A stretch of 58,654 nucleotides of DNA, counting the filler, from Basidiobolus ranarum (lineage: Eukaryota), in the NCBI GenBank assembly GCA_040143965.1. It is 7 parts of 7 records of this genome, joined end to end, with 100 filler letters (N's around TTAATTAATTAA, not from the genome) between each part and the next. Parts side by side here need not be neighbours in the genome. Positions count along the whole stretch, not along the records: positions 42,015 to 50,287 come from JASJQH010007865.1; positions 50,388 to 58,654 come from JASJQH010007866.1; 5 more parts are not named here. One strand, 5' to 3'. Under the pieces are notes generated by a model. The model saw only the letters and a program-made list of their open reading frames with translations. It searched no databases and was not told where the DNA came from. Positions 47,115 through 58,654 of the stretch are shown piece by piece; position 1 is the first letter of the stretch, and each line of letters starts with the position of its first letter. A program made the position numbers and the translations under genes.

Positions 47115-48413
47115 CTACTCTTCAGAGTCATCACTTAAAGGAAAATCTCCAAGAGTTTTCCGCTTTTTGTAAATTCGAGATGACTCCATTTCTTCTACTG
47201 AGGAATCTAACGAAATCGGTAGGTGAGGAACATAGAGAACGGAAGGGTTTGTTTTGAACACATCGTAATCTTCATCTTGCTCTCCATCACTGCTCTCATC
47301 TGCCGGTGGCTCATCCAAACATTCATCACCTCCGAGGAATCTACGAAACTTGGGATTTGGTCCGGTCGATGACATGAAATCCCAAGGAGCTATCCCGAAT
47401 CGCTTTGCTACTTGAGCGATCCGTAACAAGTAATCGGTACAACTGAAGTAACTCCAAAGTGGAGTAGAAAAGTCGAAAAAACTCTCAGTAGGATCCAGAT
47501 AATAAATAGCGCCAAAGTCTGATTCATTAGGATCGGTGAGCTCCATAGCAAGATAGCTAGATAAATCACTACCATCTTGCCAGCTCATAAGGTTCATTAG
47601 GTCTCGACCAGCCTCTGCCTCATGACTCCAAAAGCGAGCCTGAAAAAAACGATTATCGTTGATATCCATCAGTGTTCCCGGCAACTCTTGGTAATCTCCA
47701 CTGTCTAGGAGTTGCATTAGCGCCAGAGTACTTTCACATGTATCCTTTGACACTGGTCCTAGAAATAAGTAGTTAGGAGCTCCTGAGTTAGCAGTAACTT
47801 CTAGAGAGGGATGCCACCAAAATCGATTCACATGATTCACTAGAAAATATACATAATCCACTGGGAGTATCACGTCCAACCTCTCCTCTAATTCTATTAT
47901 CTCCATAATAGTTGGGTTCCTGAAATCAGGGTTCTCTTGTAAGACTTCGGTATCACTGGTGAGAATAGTATGAACTGCTGAATCCAGTCTACTCCGTATT
48001 CTATAAAGCATTTGTGCTAGACCTTTCACATGATTAAATAGGGTCAAGCTCGGAAGGCAACTCCCTCGTGGTGATTCTGGTATCAAATTTCGTACCCCAC
48101 CGGGAACTGCTAAGCGTAGTGGTAAACCTGGTTGATTCCACTCCTGTTCGGGGTCCAAGTTACTAACTATGTACGTACTTGACGATACTCCCGGAAGATA
48201 ATTCCCAATGGCTGTTTTCCAAATGCGGGCAGAGTAACGTTGAAAAAGTTTTCGTAAATGTTGACAGGTTACTTCCATTGCATTGAGTTCCGGAATATCC
48301 AAATGTTGAAAAATCAAAACGCAAAGGTCCCCAGAAAGGCATTCGAGAGGAAAGTATTCTCCAGGATTTAAAGAAGATATATCGTCATTTTCTTTTACAC
48401 CTTCATCCTTCAT
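47115..48413 (-). CDS. F-box protein with SMI1/KNR4-like domain and acidic tail, ~432 aa
   Basis: F-box LECLSGDLCVLIFQHLDIPELNAMEVTCQHLR; SMI1/KNR4-like PTIMEIIELEERLDVILPVDYVYFL and FGAIYY. First ATG is at 48413. Confidence 0.8.
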   Translation of the reverse strand: MKDEGVKENDDISSLNPGEYFPLECLSGDLCVLIFQHLDIPELNAMEVTCQHLRKLFQRYSARIWKTAIGNYLPGVSSSTYIVSNLDPEQEWNQPGLPLRLAVPGGVRNLIPESPRGSCLPSLTLFNHVKGLAQMLYRIRSRLDSAVHTILTSDTEVLQENPDFRNPTIMEIIELEERLDVILPVDYVYFLVNHVNRFWWHPSLEVTANSGAPNYLFLGPVSKDTCESTLALMQLLDSGDYQELPGTLMDINDNRFFQARFWSHEAEAGRDLMNLMSWQDGSDLSSYLAMELTDPNESDFGAIYYLDPTESFFDFSTPLWSYFSCTDYLLRIAQVAKRFGIAPWDFMSSTGPNPKFRRFLGGDECLDEPPADESSDGEQDEDYDVFKTNPSVLYVPHLPISLDSSVEEMESSRIYKKRKTLGDFPLSDDSEE

Positions 48414-49980
48414 TTTCAATTTTTTTTGAAGGGTTTTGTTATTTCTGTCGGAATTAATTAGAGGTTGGCAATTGACCAATGTGTTAATACACGTAGTGAG
48501 AATATGGTTAATAAAGATTGCACTGAAGCACAGTTTGGTTATAACTCTAAATATAAAAGAAGAGTGAGTATTAAAAGCTTGCAAAGATGAGTTCACAAAG
48601 CCTTACGTTGTAAAGAAATTCTACTGTATTCACCTGAATTTTGTAGGTTAATGAAACAAAAGCCGAAAAGGCAACCTCTGCTACTGAAATATACATATTA
48701 GTTCGAATAGGTCCGGGCTTAGAACTTAGAATTCAAATACTAAATCAATACTAGTAGTCGCACACACAACAGGAACAATCAATATTAAGAGGAGCTCTGA
48801 TTAGAATAGCTGTAAAGATCGATGACTTCACACGCTTATTCAGTAAGGTACAGGTAAAAACTGATAATTAGTTTTAATTGGGTTCAGATAAAGAAGTTGA
48901 TCTTGTTGAATTCCTGCAACTGCCATTCATGGTCGAGTTCCTTTCTGTTGGTATAGTTTAGCAAGTTGGGATATTTTGTTGCTGAATTAATTATTTGTAT
49001 TAATTTAAATAGTATAATGTGATTTTTTGGAATGAATCGAAAAATGCCCTTGAATGATGCAGCTATTATTACAAGTGTTTTTGTACGAGCTGGAAGTGTT
49101 TAGGATAGCTAAAAGTAATATGTGATTTTTACTTAATGTTTATTGAATTGAATAAGTATCGCTACTTCTGTTGGAGATGATGAAAATCATCAGCAGGATT
49201 GTGTTGAAAGAATACTAAGGAAGTTGGAGGAAACGTTTGAAGCAGTTGAGACAATTCTAAAAGCTTGATGTTTTCTCAAGATTTCTGAGTTACAGGGCTA
49301 TACATTTTGATAGAAAAATGAATTGCCTATCTCTAAACGTTCTGATTAAAGATTACCTGTTGCTAATTAATATCTATAAACTGTCCGAACTTGAACCAAG
49401 TCTAGATATGTCAGTAAACTACAGAGTGAACAAATAATAGGTAATGTGAGAGTGCATTGTTTAAACACGCTGAGACTTACCTACATTTCTCACTATTCAT
49501 TGCCGCAACACTGTACCTGCAACATCATTTGTCAAATTTCTCCTCTTCGTCCTTGCATGAAGTTGATTTAAGTTCGATTTATTTACAAATTTATTTACAA
49601 CCATGTGGTATGAACAGTTCAAACTAGTGAGAACCCAAAAGATCAACTTGGGAATGCATCCCATTGATTTTATAATTATATATATATATTAATTCCTCTC
49701 ATTTTAGATTTAAACACTGTAGAAAGTGTACACTTACACGAAATTTCAATTAACTGATGATTACGAGGAATTTTTCTCCGATCAAATAACATACATTGGA
49801 AACAAGGTACATTTGTTCCACAGATTGATTCATCTGTCATATTACTGCCTACCCCTTGGTTAACTCCCGAGATCAACAAAAAACCTACTTGAGTAGGAAT
49901 TCCCCCCAAACAGTATAAATAGCCATTCTGACTATTAAGTTGAATCATATCACAAACATTTCTGTCTTTTTAATACAATA

Positions 49981-50287
49981 ATGAAATTTACCTCTGCTAA
50001 AATTATCTTCACTGCTTCTACTTTAATCATGGCTAACGCTGCGGTATGGGAGCGCGCATATAATACCAAGGACTATTCTGGTACTGGTGAAGGAAAAAGT
50101 GTCTCATACGGCGGTAGCGGGTCTGGTGGTAATTATGGAGGCAATGGAAGCGGTGAAGGCGGTAAATATGACGGTGATGGTAGTGGATCAAGTGGTGATT
50201 ACGGTGGCAAAGGAAGTGGTGAAGGTGACAAATATGGTGGTGGCAGCGGTGAAGGCAGCAAATATGGTGGTGGTGGCGGCGGAGCAG
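49981..50287 (+). CDS. Secreted Gly/Ser/Tyr-rich repeat protein (3' truncated)
   Basis: Signal peptide MKFTSAKIIFTASTLIMANA, followed by ~10-11-aa repeats YGGxGSGEGxK. TATAAA at ~49914. Confidence 0.85.
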
Positions 50288-50387
50288 NNNNNNNNNNNNN
50301 NNNNNNNNNNNNNNNNNNNNNNNNNNNNNNNTTAATTAATTAANNNNNNNNNNNNNNNNNNNNNNNNNNNNNNNNNNNNNNNNNNNN

Positions 50388-51051
50388 CGCAAAGGGCCAG
50401 GTTCTTGGTGTATCCAAGAGTGACAAGGGGGTGACAGTTGCTTACGGATTGAAGAGTGCAAATGTGGTCAAAGCTGACCTTGAGTCCTCCAACGGGGTAA
50501 TTCACATCATTGATCAAGTTCTTTTGCCTCCTGTGAAGCCTAGTCAGACAGCCACCAGTGCAAACCTGACAGCACTCGTTGATGCCTTAACCAAAGCAAG
50601 CCTTGCTCAGACAGTGGACGAATTGAAGGGGGCCACTATCTTTGCACCCACAAATGATGCCTTCACCAAGGCCAATGCTGGTTCACTGAACACCACCGCA
50701 CTGGCTGACATCCTCAAGTATCACGTGGTCACTCCCAGTGTCAAGTACTCTTCAGATCTCAAAGATGGTGACAAGCTGACCACGGTCCAAGGTGGTGTAT
50801 TGAATGTCAAGATTACTGATGGAAGTGTCACGATCAATGGAGTCAAGGTGGTTGTTGCCAATGTATTGACTAGCAATGGAGTGGTCCACGTTGTGGAAGG
50901 AGTCTTAATTCCTGGTCAACAAGCAGACACCACCAGCCCTGCCAATGGAGCCAAACCTACTACTAACTCAGCGAACTCTGTCTCTACTTTCGATGCTCAT
51001 GTAAGTAGTATTTCTATGGTTCTAATTACAATGTGGTGTCTATGTTTATAA
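50388..51051 (+). CDS. Fasciclin (FAS1) domain protein, 5' truncated, GPI-anchor-like C-terminus
   Basis: SNGVIHIIDQVLLP, TIFAPTNDAF, ILKYHVV and SNGVVHVVEGVLIP; hydrophobic tail. Confidence 0.93.
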
Positions 51052-51557
51052 GTAGTTGTGATACCTGTGCAACCAGGGCCACAATGTATTTCAATTACCC
51101 TCAATTTTACAATGATTGAAATCATTCTGTTAGGTCTTTAGTTAGTTAATCCATGTATTTCTGAGTCCATATCTTTTACATACTTTTAAATGTACTATAA
51201 AATGAAGAGAATTTTTTCACTGCATCTGAATTCCCAAGCTTTTGAGAGAGAGAATTACCTCATCTTCACCGTCTATTTGTATATGGTCTATATATTATAA
51301 TCATATCACCTACGTTTCCGGTTTTTTGTTATATAGGCATTGTGAGTAAAACAGGTTTATTAACAGAATATTTATGATGAATATAGATCTGTATCTAACA
51401 CCTTGCCCCATGATTTGAGAAATTTGAGAAACAGCAAAAATCATTGTATTATATTCACACGTTTTGAATCTTACAGTAGTTTCTTCTCAAGATGGGGTAC
51501 AGCTCAAAAATATCGTTATTGAGAGAGTATTCAAACTTGACCAACCTTTAGCTCAAC

Positions 51558-52631
51558 ATGAAGTGTTGTTATTTCCTTTATAGTACCCTATTTATCCTCA
51601 GATATAGTCAAGCTCAAAGTATCCAGAGAAACATTGTTGAAACTGTCTCTACTTATGAGAACCTCAAAACCCTCTCATCGCTGTTAGCAAATTCGACTTC
51701 TGAGGAAATTAAGAATATTTTAATAGGCAAAGAGCAATATACATTATTCGCTCCAGAAGATCTCGCTTTCTCATCTGTTAACTTAGGCTCCTTGGATCCA
51801 ACATCCTTAGGAAACATTCTCAAATACCATATTGTCCCAGGGATAGTTAAAACAGCTGATCTTAAAAATACACAACTGCTACCTACACTTCTCAATGACC
51901 TAACTCTAGTCAATTTGCCTAATGGCAAGTCGCAAGTATTACCTGTTCACCAGGCGATGGAGAAAATGAAGATTGGAAATGCTAGCATTGTAACGACAGG
52001 TGTTGAAGCTTCGAACGGAATCGTTCATATTATCGATACAGTATTGCCGGTACCTGATAAACCCAGCCAACTCATTTCAACTTCGTCTACTCGTACCTTC
52101 TCCGACCTGTTAATCAAAACCAACCTTGCCGGAGTGATAGATTCGCTTAAAGGTGTTACGATATTTGTACCAGTTGAAGAAGCTTTCAATTCTTTCAACC
52201 CTAACAACCTTAATGAAACTGCACTCTCAGATACCTTAAAATTTCACATTGTTTCGCCTGCTGTAGTATATTCCACTGAATTTAACAAAACTCAAAGGCT
52301 GGTGACTCTTCAAAGTAAACAGCTGAATTTCAAGACTGAAAATGGTACATCTTTTGTAAATGGAGTTAAAATTATTACGTCAGATGTAGTAGCAAGCAAT
52401 GGAGTGTTTCATTTAATCGCTGAAGTATTATCACCAATTCTTGACTACAATAGCACTGTACCCCTCAACTCTCCTCAGAACTCAGCCAAGCCAAATGATC
52501 CTTCTGCAACTACAACTGGTTCACCTAATCGGCCAACCCTCGAACTACAAAATGTAGCTACGACCCTTGTTTCTTTCCCATGCAATAGCTTAATGTTGGT
52601 TGTATTTTTTGTTTATTCCACATTCTTTTAA
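51558..52631 (+). CDS. Secreted two-domain fasciclin (FAS1) protein, GPI-anchor-like C-terminus, 357 aa
   Basis: Signal peptide; TLFAPEDLAF, ILKYHIV, SNGIVHIIDTVL, TIFVPVEEAF and SNGVFHLIAEVL. Confidence 0.94.
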   Translation: MKCCYFLYSTLFILRYSQAQSIQRNIVETVSTYENLKTLSSLLANSTSEEIKNILIGKEQYTLFAPEDLAFSSVNLGSLDPTSLGNILKYHIVPGIVKTADLKNTQLLPTLLNDLTLVNLPNGKSQVLPVHQAMEKMKIGNASIVTTGVEASNGIVHIIDTVLPVPDKPSQLISTSSTRTFSDLLIKTNLAGVIDSLKGVTIFVPVEEAFNSFNPNNLNETALSDTLKFHIVSPAVVYSTEFNKTQRLVTLQSKQLNFKTENGTSFVNGVKIITSDVVASNGVFHLIAEVLSPILDYNSTVPLNSPQNSAKPNDPSATTTGSPNRPTLELQNVATTLVSFPCNSLMLVVFFVYSTFF

Positions 52632-53047
52632 AAGACCGTTATTTCTCTTTTAGCATGTAGTTTTGTCGCTTCTTATTTACAACAAACAATTCATTTATTA
52701 TTTATGAAGGTGAAGTTGGTGATTTTGCGAACGTTCGTTATCGTTTCCATTGCATCGTTAGCAAGGGTAACTGTCTATTACTCATATTACTGCCATTTTC
52801 GACATTCAAATGATCCTGGAATATCTGTACAGCGGTTATATAACCAATTGGGGATAATTTACCACCAATAGAATCATAGTTTACATTACAAAATTTCCAT
52901 TTTTAATTCATCGAGGTGACAAGGATAAAAGTACATTCAGAGTGAAAGTTACGTGAAAAGAAGAATCAAAAGATAGAAGCAAATTTACATGAGAAATAAT
53001 GTGGCGTGTCGACTAGGGTATTAATTAAAGTGGGATTAATCCAGATT

Positions 53048-53827
53048 TTAAACAAGCGGAGTAGTAATTGGAGGATTATTGACTCGACTGGTGGTGTCTG
53101 ACCATTGCTCAGTAGCAGAGTTCAGTATTGGGGAAGTTGTAAGCAAAGAAGCTATAGTGATTCGAGATCTTCCAGTACTTGTGTATGGTTGTTCAATGGT
53201 CAAGTGATATGTTTTCCGTCTATTATACTTACTTTTGCTCTCTTCCTCTGTTTCGTCTTCCTCAACGTTGGAGATATCACGCTTGGCCACATGCAAAATG
53301 CTAACATCAGCATGTATTTTACTCTTCAATTGGGTCAAAGCAACTAGCTTATCTCCATATCTCTGAAGGACCTCCGGTTTGACAAGAAGATCGAATCCGC
53401 ATAGAAACAAGAACTCCAACTCCAATTGATTCAACTCAGCTAGGGGCAGTCCACCAATCTTAGCATACTGAGAATTTGGGTAGAATACATCGGAGGAAAA
53501 TTTGGTAGAAACAGCCAAACTTGCGATTAACAGACGATGAATGTTCAACGAGTTGATTATGAATTTACTATCTCGTTTGGCAGATAGCTCAGTAATCCGG
53601 TCGAAATAGACCAATACTCCCAGTAAGGCTTCATTATCAAATGGAGCGAATTTGAAGATGCGATGTAGATATGCTTGAATAGTGATGTTAGGCACTGCTC
53701 TCGAATGGAACCACGTTACGTTTTTACTGGGTATCTTGTCATTGGCTTTAATGATCGATTCTAAAAGCCTAGTAACCAATATTACCGTCTTAGCCACCGG
53801 ATACTTTCCTAAATCTAAGCTAGTCAT
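53048..53827 (-). CDS. Pho80/Pcl-type (cyclin U/P) cyclin
   Basis: FHSRAVPNITIQAYLHRI, LVYFDRI, INSLNIHRLLIA, KFSSDVFYPNSQYAKIGGL and ELNQLELEFL. Confidence 0.94.
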   Translation of the reverse strand: MTSLDLGKYPVAKTVILVTRLLESIIKANDKIPSKNVTWFHSRAVPNITIQAYLHRIFKFAPFDNEALLGVLVYFDRITELSAKRDSKFIINSLNIHRLLIASLAVSTKFSSDVFYPNSQYAKIGGLPLAELNQLELEFLFLCGFDLLVKPEVLQRYGDKLVALTQLKSKIHADVSILHVAKRDISNVEEDETEEESKSKYNRRKTYHLTIEQPYTSTGRSRITIASLLTTSPILNSATEQWSDTTSRVNNPPITTPLV

Positions 53828-56800
53828 ATAAACTGATTTCACAGGGAAAATAAGATGCTTTTAATCAACGAAAGCCCACGACAGGATGCAAAGACAAAGG
53901 AAGAGGAAGATAGTGAGGGAAGGAGGATGCGTACTATAATGTAATAAAAAAACCTGACATAAAGAGCCTCTTTGGAGTACAACACACATTTTATATGGCT
54001 TAGGACCAGGTTTGGGACTTATCCATATCTGCCGCGTTGAAATCGAATATCTCAAGCTGTTGGCTGCAACAAGATTTAAAGATTTGTTAAGATCAATGAA
54101 CAGAAAGATTCTGGATGTAGGAAACCGAATGGGTATTTATTCAAGTGCTAGAGTATGCGGAAAATAAGCGAATTGAATATTATCGCATAGTGGATATGGA
54201 TATGAGTATGAGTATGGGTGTAGATATGGAGCCAAGAAAGAATTTTCCTGCTACTTGATCATTCCATTCTCAGAAAAGCATCCCATTTGAGAATACGATG
54301 TTTAAGCAGCGGCTGATAGGCGGAGAGAGATTTAAGGTAAACTGAAAAGTTTCAGGTTGGTTTAATCACCCCTGCGGTAAAACATTTGGAAATGTATTGC
54401 CAGACAATTGAGATCCATAGAAAAAAATCACCATGCGAGCACATGAAGAAATTCCAACCCCGATCGGACCCATACCAGACACTGAAGACCCCCCAAACTA
54501 TAGGAACTCAACATGGCTACATCATGGAGGGCAATTTGGACAATATGGCGATGATGCCAAAAGAGTATTTTTCGCTTTCTTCGCTAATAAGCTTAATGCG
54601 CTTCACCCAGAAAAGAAAACTCTAATAAAAAAGGACAGACGGGACGGGGGCTAGGAAATATGGGTGCAGCCAATCCCCTCAAGCTAATGATCGTGTTAAT
54701 AGCAATTTAGCCACACAGCATATCTGGGTGACCTGATTAATTGGGCAAAGTGGGAGTTGATTCAACCCCATTCATTTGTGCACCGCGCCCCTCGCCCGAA
54801 ATGGAAACACCAGTGTGCCTTCAAAAGGAAACTAGGTGATGGATTTAATTTCCAAACTCGACGACACCCAATCACCAGCATTGAGCTTCCGTCTCCCGCT
54901 TTGCACTCGAAGTGCGTATCGGTTGGAACACTTGCGCACATTGGTGCTCGATGGAAGCCATACTCTGGCTCAGCCAATATCGCTCTGCATGTGTGGAGTT
55001 TAGTATATTGGGAGCTGAATGTGCCTCATCGTGGCCCTTCGATCCTGGACGTTTGAGAGTTTCGGAGCTATATGGTCGAGTGTCACAATCCGTCACAGAT
55101 CTGTTAGGCGCACTCAACACCGACAATGAAAATCGCATTGCCTCCCTTATCACATATTGCTACTAGGGCTAAGTTACACGCACAAGGTGTGGATTCAGAG
55201 ATCGGCCTATTCAAGCCAAGTCACCACTGAATCATTTATCTAGGATACAGCAGAACCCTGCCAGAGCATCTGAAAGCATGGTCATTATTCGCTAACTAAC
55301 CTTTTTTGCATTTGACGATCGACCGATGATCCTTATATCATTTGAGAGTGTACGGCAAGGTGCCTCTTCGAATCTAGGCTGAACTTCTTATTAGCCTCAC
55401 GCGAATGCATTGGCTGCTGGAGCTTCATGCGAACATGAACAGTCGTAGCCCAGAAAGTGATCCCGTGTTGTTCAATATACTGCTCATACATACTTTTATT
55501 GGATTAACAGCAAGCATGCACCATTGTCGATTGTTTTCCAAGTCCGGTCATTTTTGGGTATCCAACGTCCTATTAGCTTTAGTACTTGATTCGTGTATAG
55601 GTGACGTTGTGTGAATCAAAAACGAGGCTCTCATTATTGCTGACTTTTGGACTCAGCATTAAACACTTGGGCTGGGTATAGAAGTTCTAGAGCCTGCTAC
55701 CATGTTTATCCTGTAGCTCACTAGCAACTAGCAAATCAAACACCAGTAGTAAAATCTAGGCTTGATTTGAGATTGGGATGTTTCTCAACCAGGAGACGGA
55801 TGGAACACGTGTATATTTATGACAGCTTTTAGAGAACTCTCTGGAATGTAAAAAATCTAGGATGCGCTGTGTAGGATATTCAATATTATGTTCTGTCGTT
55901 GTTGGATATTACAACTTCATGAACTCATAGCGCTGTTAGTGCTTGCAAAGTCAAAATGAATCACTGTCTCGAAGCGAATAGCCATATTGTATGGATCGTT
56001 ATTGACACTCCCAGTACAATGCCAATTTAATGATACTCTAAGCGAACTGGAGGTCCTCAGCTTCTCTAAGCTATGTATCTGTTACTAGTTCACTCTACAT
56101 TCCATCATTACTGCTTTCACCAACATTTCTAGTGGCATTGAGATTTGTATTTACCTGAGAAATCCTAATAGTGAGCAATAACAACGAGATGATGAGTATG
56201 TTGGGATAATTGAGAATTGCAACAATAATCCACTACGGCAGCAACTTGATACCAATTATCACACATGTTCCTCTAAAACAAATTTTTTAAGAAGTCAAGG
56301 TGTGACTTCGTGAATGCTGCAAAAAATATTACCTCTTTAAGGATTGATTTAATTAGTTTGACGATATGACATACTCATTAAAGTGCTTCTACCAATTGAG
56401 AAATGAGAAGTACCAAAATGGTCCATTTTTCTTGCTCTGGATAGCAGACTTTGGGGTAGATCATTAAGGGAATACCATAACAAGGTCAATATTATTCTAT
56501 ATATTGCTGCTCAGTATTTGTGATGGCACTATGTGGTTGGTACAGTGGAGAAAATAGAATGCAACATTCAAACATTCATATATCATGTTCAGCGTCTATT
56601 TCCAAAGTCGAATTTATAACATCTGTTTTTGATAAATCCCCGGAATGTTCGGAAAAGGTTGAATCTTCAAACTGGCCCAAAATTTCCCAAACATCTTTCG
56701 CAGCCTTATTAGCATACACGAATACTAAGCGAATGTGATATTTTGTATTAGAGCTGATTTTTAACTCGGTAAAACAACAGGTACAAATCCTTTATTTCTT

Positions 56801-57376
56801 AAATTATAGCTTACTGTTCTGCAGTATTTGAGATGAATTGGGAGTGTAAGAAATAAGGCTTCAATATTAACTTGAAGGTGAACAAATATGGCTATTTAGA
56901 CATCAGAATCAAGCACCTAAATATTCAGTAGATAAACATATCTTGTATATATGTACTGAATATTATGTGAGTCAAAATTGCAACATGTATTTTGGATATA
57001 TCACAGATATTAAGAAAATTTTTCAATAAGATAAGCAGTCCAACTCACATGTTTCTGCTAGATGTCTATTATGCTTTCAATTCTTCCCAAATGCTTACAA
57101 CAACAGTGTGATATATTTAAATCTCAAAGCTTTAGGATTTTTACAGAATACTTTCTATCTCATGTGTTCTCATGCTAATGTATATAACAATTGATACACA
57201 GGCTGACATAGACTGCGTGCAACCCAAATTTTGCTCATCCACACAAAATGATGGTTAACTACTCTCTGATGATGACTTGGTTAGATTTTCAATAAAGTTT
57301 ATTAAACCTAAGATGTGAAGATATATGTATGCATGAAACTTTTCAAACCCTTCAAGCCCACCACAACCTCAATGCA

Positions 57377-58005
57377 TCAACTAATTGGCTGGGATCCCCG
57401 TTTGGTAGTAGTTTCATTGACTTTGCCATCTTCTGCACCCCATTCCATCTTTGGCTCCATACCAGCTTTTGATTTTTGGTTGGTCAATCTTTGAAGAGCT
57501 ACCTCAAATTTGGGCTTCACGCTTGCCTTGGTCATATATACAATTTCGTTTGGCCCTTCTATTAAGAAGCGATCAGAATGCGTGTCTTCTATTTCCTTCA
57601 GACTGTAGCGGATTGCTTCGACTATAAAAATTCGGAAGGGTTTAGAAGAGTAATCGGGTGAATCAGACAAGTTGATTGTATTTACCAGTCACTTCGTAGC
57701 CTACAGCGGTATCTCCTTGCTTCGAAACCTCGCTAGGTTGGCGAATAGAAAGTTTGAAACTTTGCTAGAATGATAGTTAGATAATGAAAATTCCCAATTC
57801 ACCTCATAATCATACTTACCTCTGGAGATTTAGACTCTAGAAATTGGCTCATTTCATCTACGCTGTAAGATTTGTGATCATGCTCTCGAACAATGGTTGA
57901 TCCTGAAAAACGTGAAATCTGGGTTCTGCCTAGTATCCGTAAACGACATGTTTGCTGTGGCTTGAGTAGCATGCAGATTGGTGTCAGATATGTACGGAGG
58001 GACAT
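57377..58005 (-). CDS. Hypothetical 3-exon protein (~170 aa) with mitochondrial presequence-like N-terminus
   Basis: MSLRTYLTPICMLLKPQQTCRLRILGRTQISRFS is Arg-rich with no acidic residues. Introns gtaagt..tag and gtaaat..tag splice in phase (SPE|QSFKL...YEVT|VEAIRY). Confidence 0.7.
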
Positions 58006-58654
58006 GTTGAAGGGTGGTGACAAATATTGGTTGGAGAGGAAGGAGGCCGCTCTGTGATTTATATCTATTTGGGAGGCGATCTTGGTACCTTGTTGAAGAG
58101 TGATATTTCGAGACCAAACGATTGAGAATCACAGAATAGTGAATCGCAATGGGACATTGGTATCAAAAAATAGAGTGAGCTCCTGTAAATGCGACGTCAT
58201 TATACGTCAGCTATTCCTCAACTATCCATACAATGGCATATATTGACATGACGTCACGCAGGGCGTCACTTCATGCTGTGAGATCAGACTTAGCACCGTC
58301 ACTCCCTTTGAAAAACATTTAAGAATGAGTAGAAGGCGGTCTGAGGGCTGCAATCACTGCGAATGGAATGGCAGATACGATTGAGCCGTCAACATCGAAT
58401 ACGATAGATATTCCTGTTGCGTTAAATCCTCTGGTGCTGACTCTGTAGAGTGCACATTCGGTTTAGCTGATCCAAGGAGCTGTTGGTATTTATACAAGGG
58501 ACTGGGTTGTCAGTGGATCAATTCCTGTTATGGTAGTCAAATGGTTAGTCTCTCATCAATGTGATAGGTCATCTCACTCCTAGTTAAAAGCCGTGCAGCA
58601 TAAGTTTCATCATCCATTCGATTACTACTAGTAAAGGTACTAAACCTAAAGGAG

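Noticed and set aside
54386-55614. Cluster of short overlapping ORFs upstream of the cyclin
   Set aside because: No consistent frame, splice pattern or motif. Probably a GC-richer regulatory region.

Overview
This window is not one locus. It is seven unrelated eukaryotic contigs of ~8.3 kb each, in descending length order, joined by an artificial 100-nt linker (N44-TTAATTAATTAA-N44). Short GT-AG introns, AT-rich intergenic DNA and the gene set (sphingolipid C9-methyltransferase, CBM18-chitin deacetylase, tyrosinase, Pho80-type cyclin, Hse1, Vma9) indicate a fungus. My inference is an early-diverging lineage, possibly Basidiobolus-like; I could not run a search to confirm this. Other genes: RPS3 3' end, ING/PHD protein, forkhead factor, ECT1, carnitine acetyltransferase, F-box/SMI1 protein, two fasciclins. 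Decayed, CpG-depleted Ty1/copia remnants are also present. Three features stand out. (1) A 10-exon minus-strand gene at 9284-11526, which the ORF track shows only as fragments, splices into a 560-aa protein that aligns by eye, collinearly, with human FANCC (558 aa). As far as I recall, FANCC has been regarded as absent from fungi. (2) An intronless, GC-richer, Bacteroidetes-type CoA-disulfide reductase-rhodanese-TusA gene sits in fungal repeat-rich DNA (candidate horizontal transfer) and has a possible new N-terminal targeting extension. (3) A secreted pectin-lyase-fold beta-helix protein is spliced in frame to a GH18 domain that lacks the catalytic glutamate. All homology calls are by eye and from memory.
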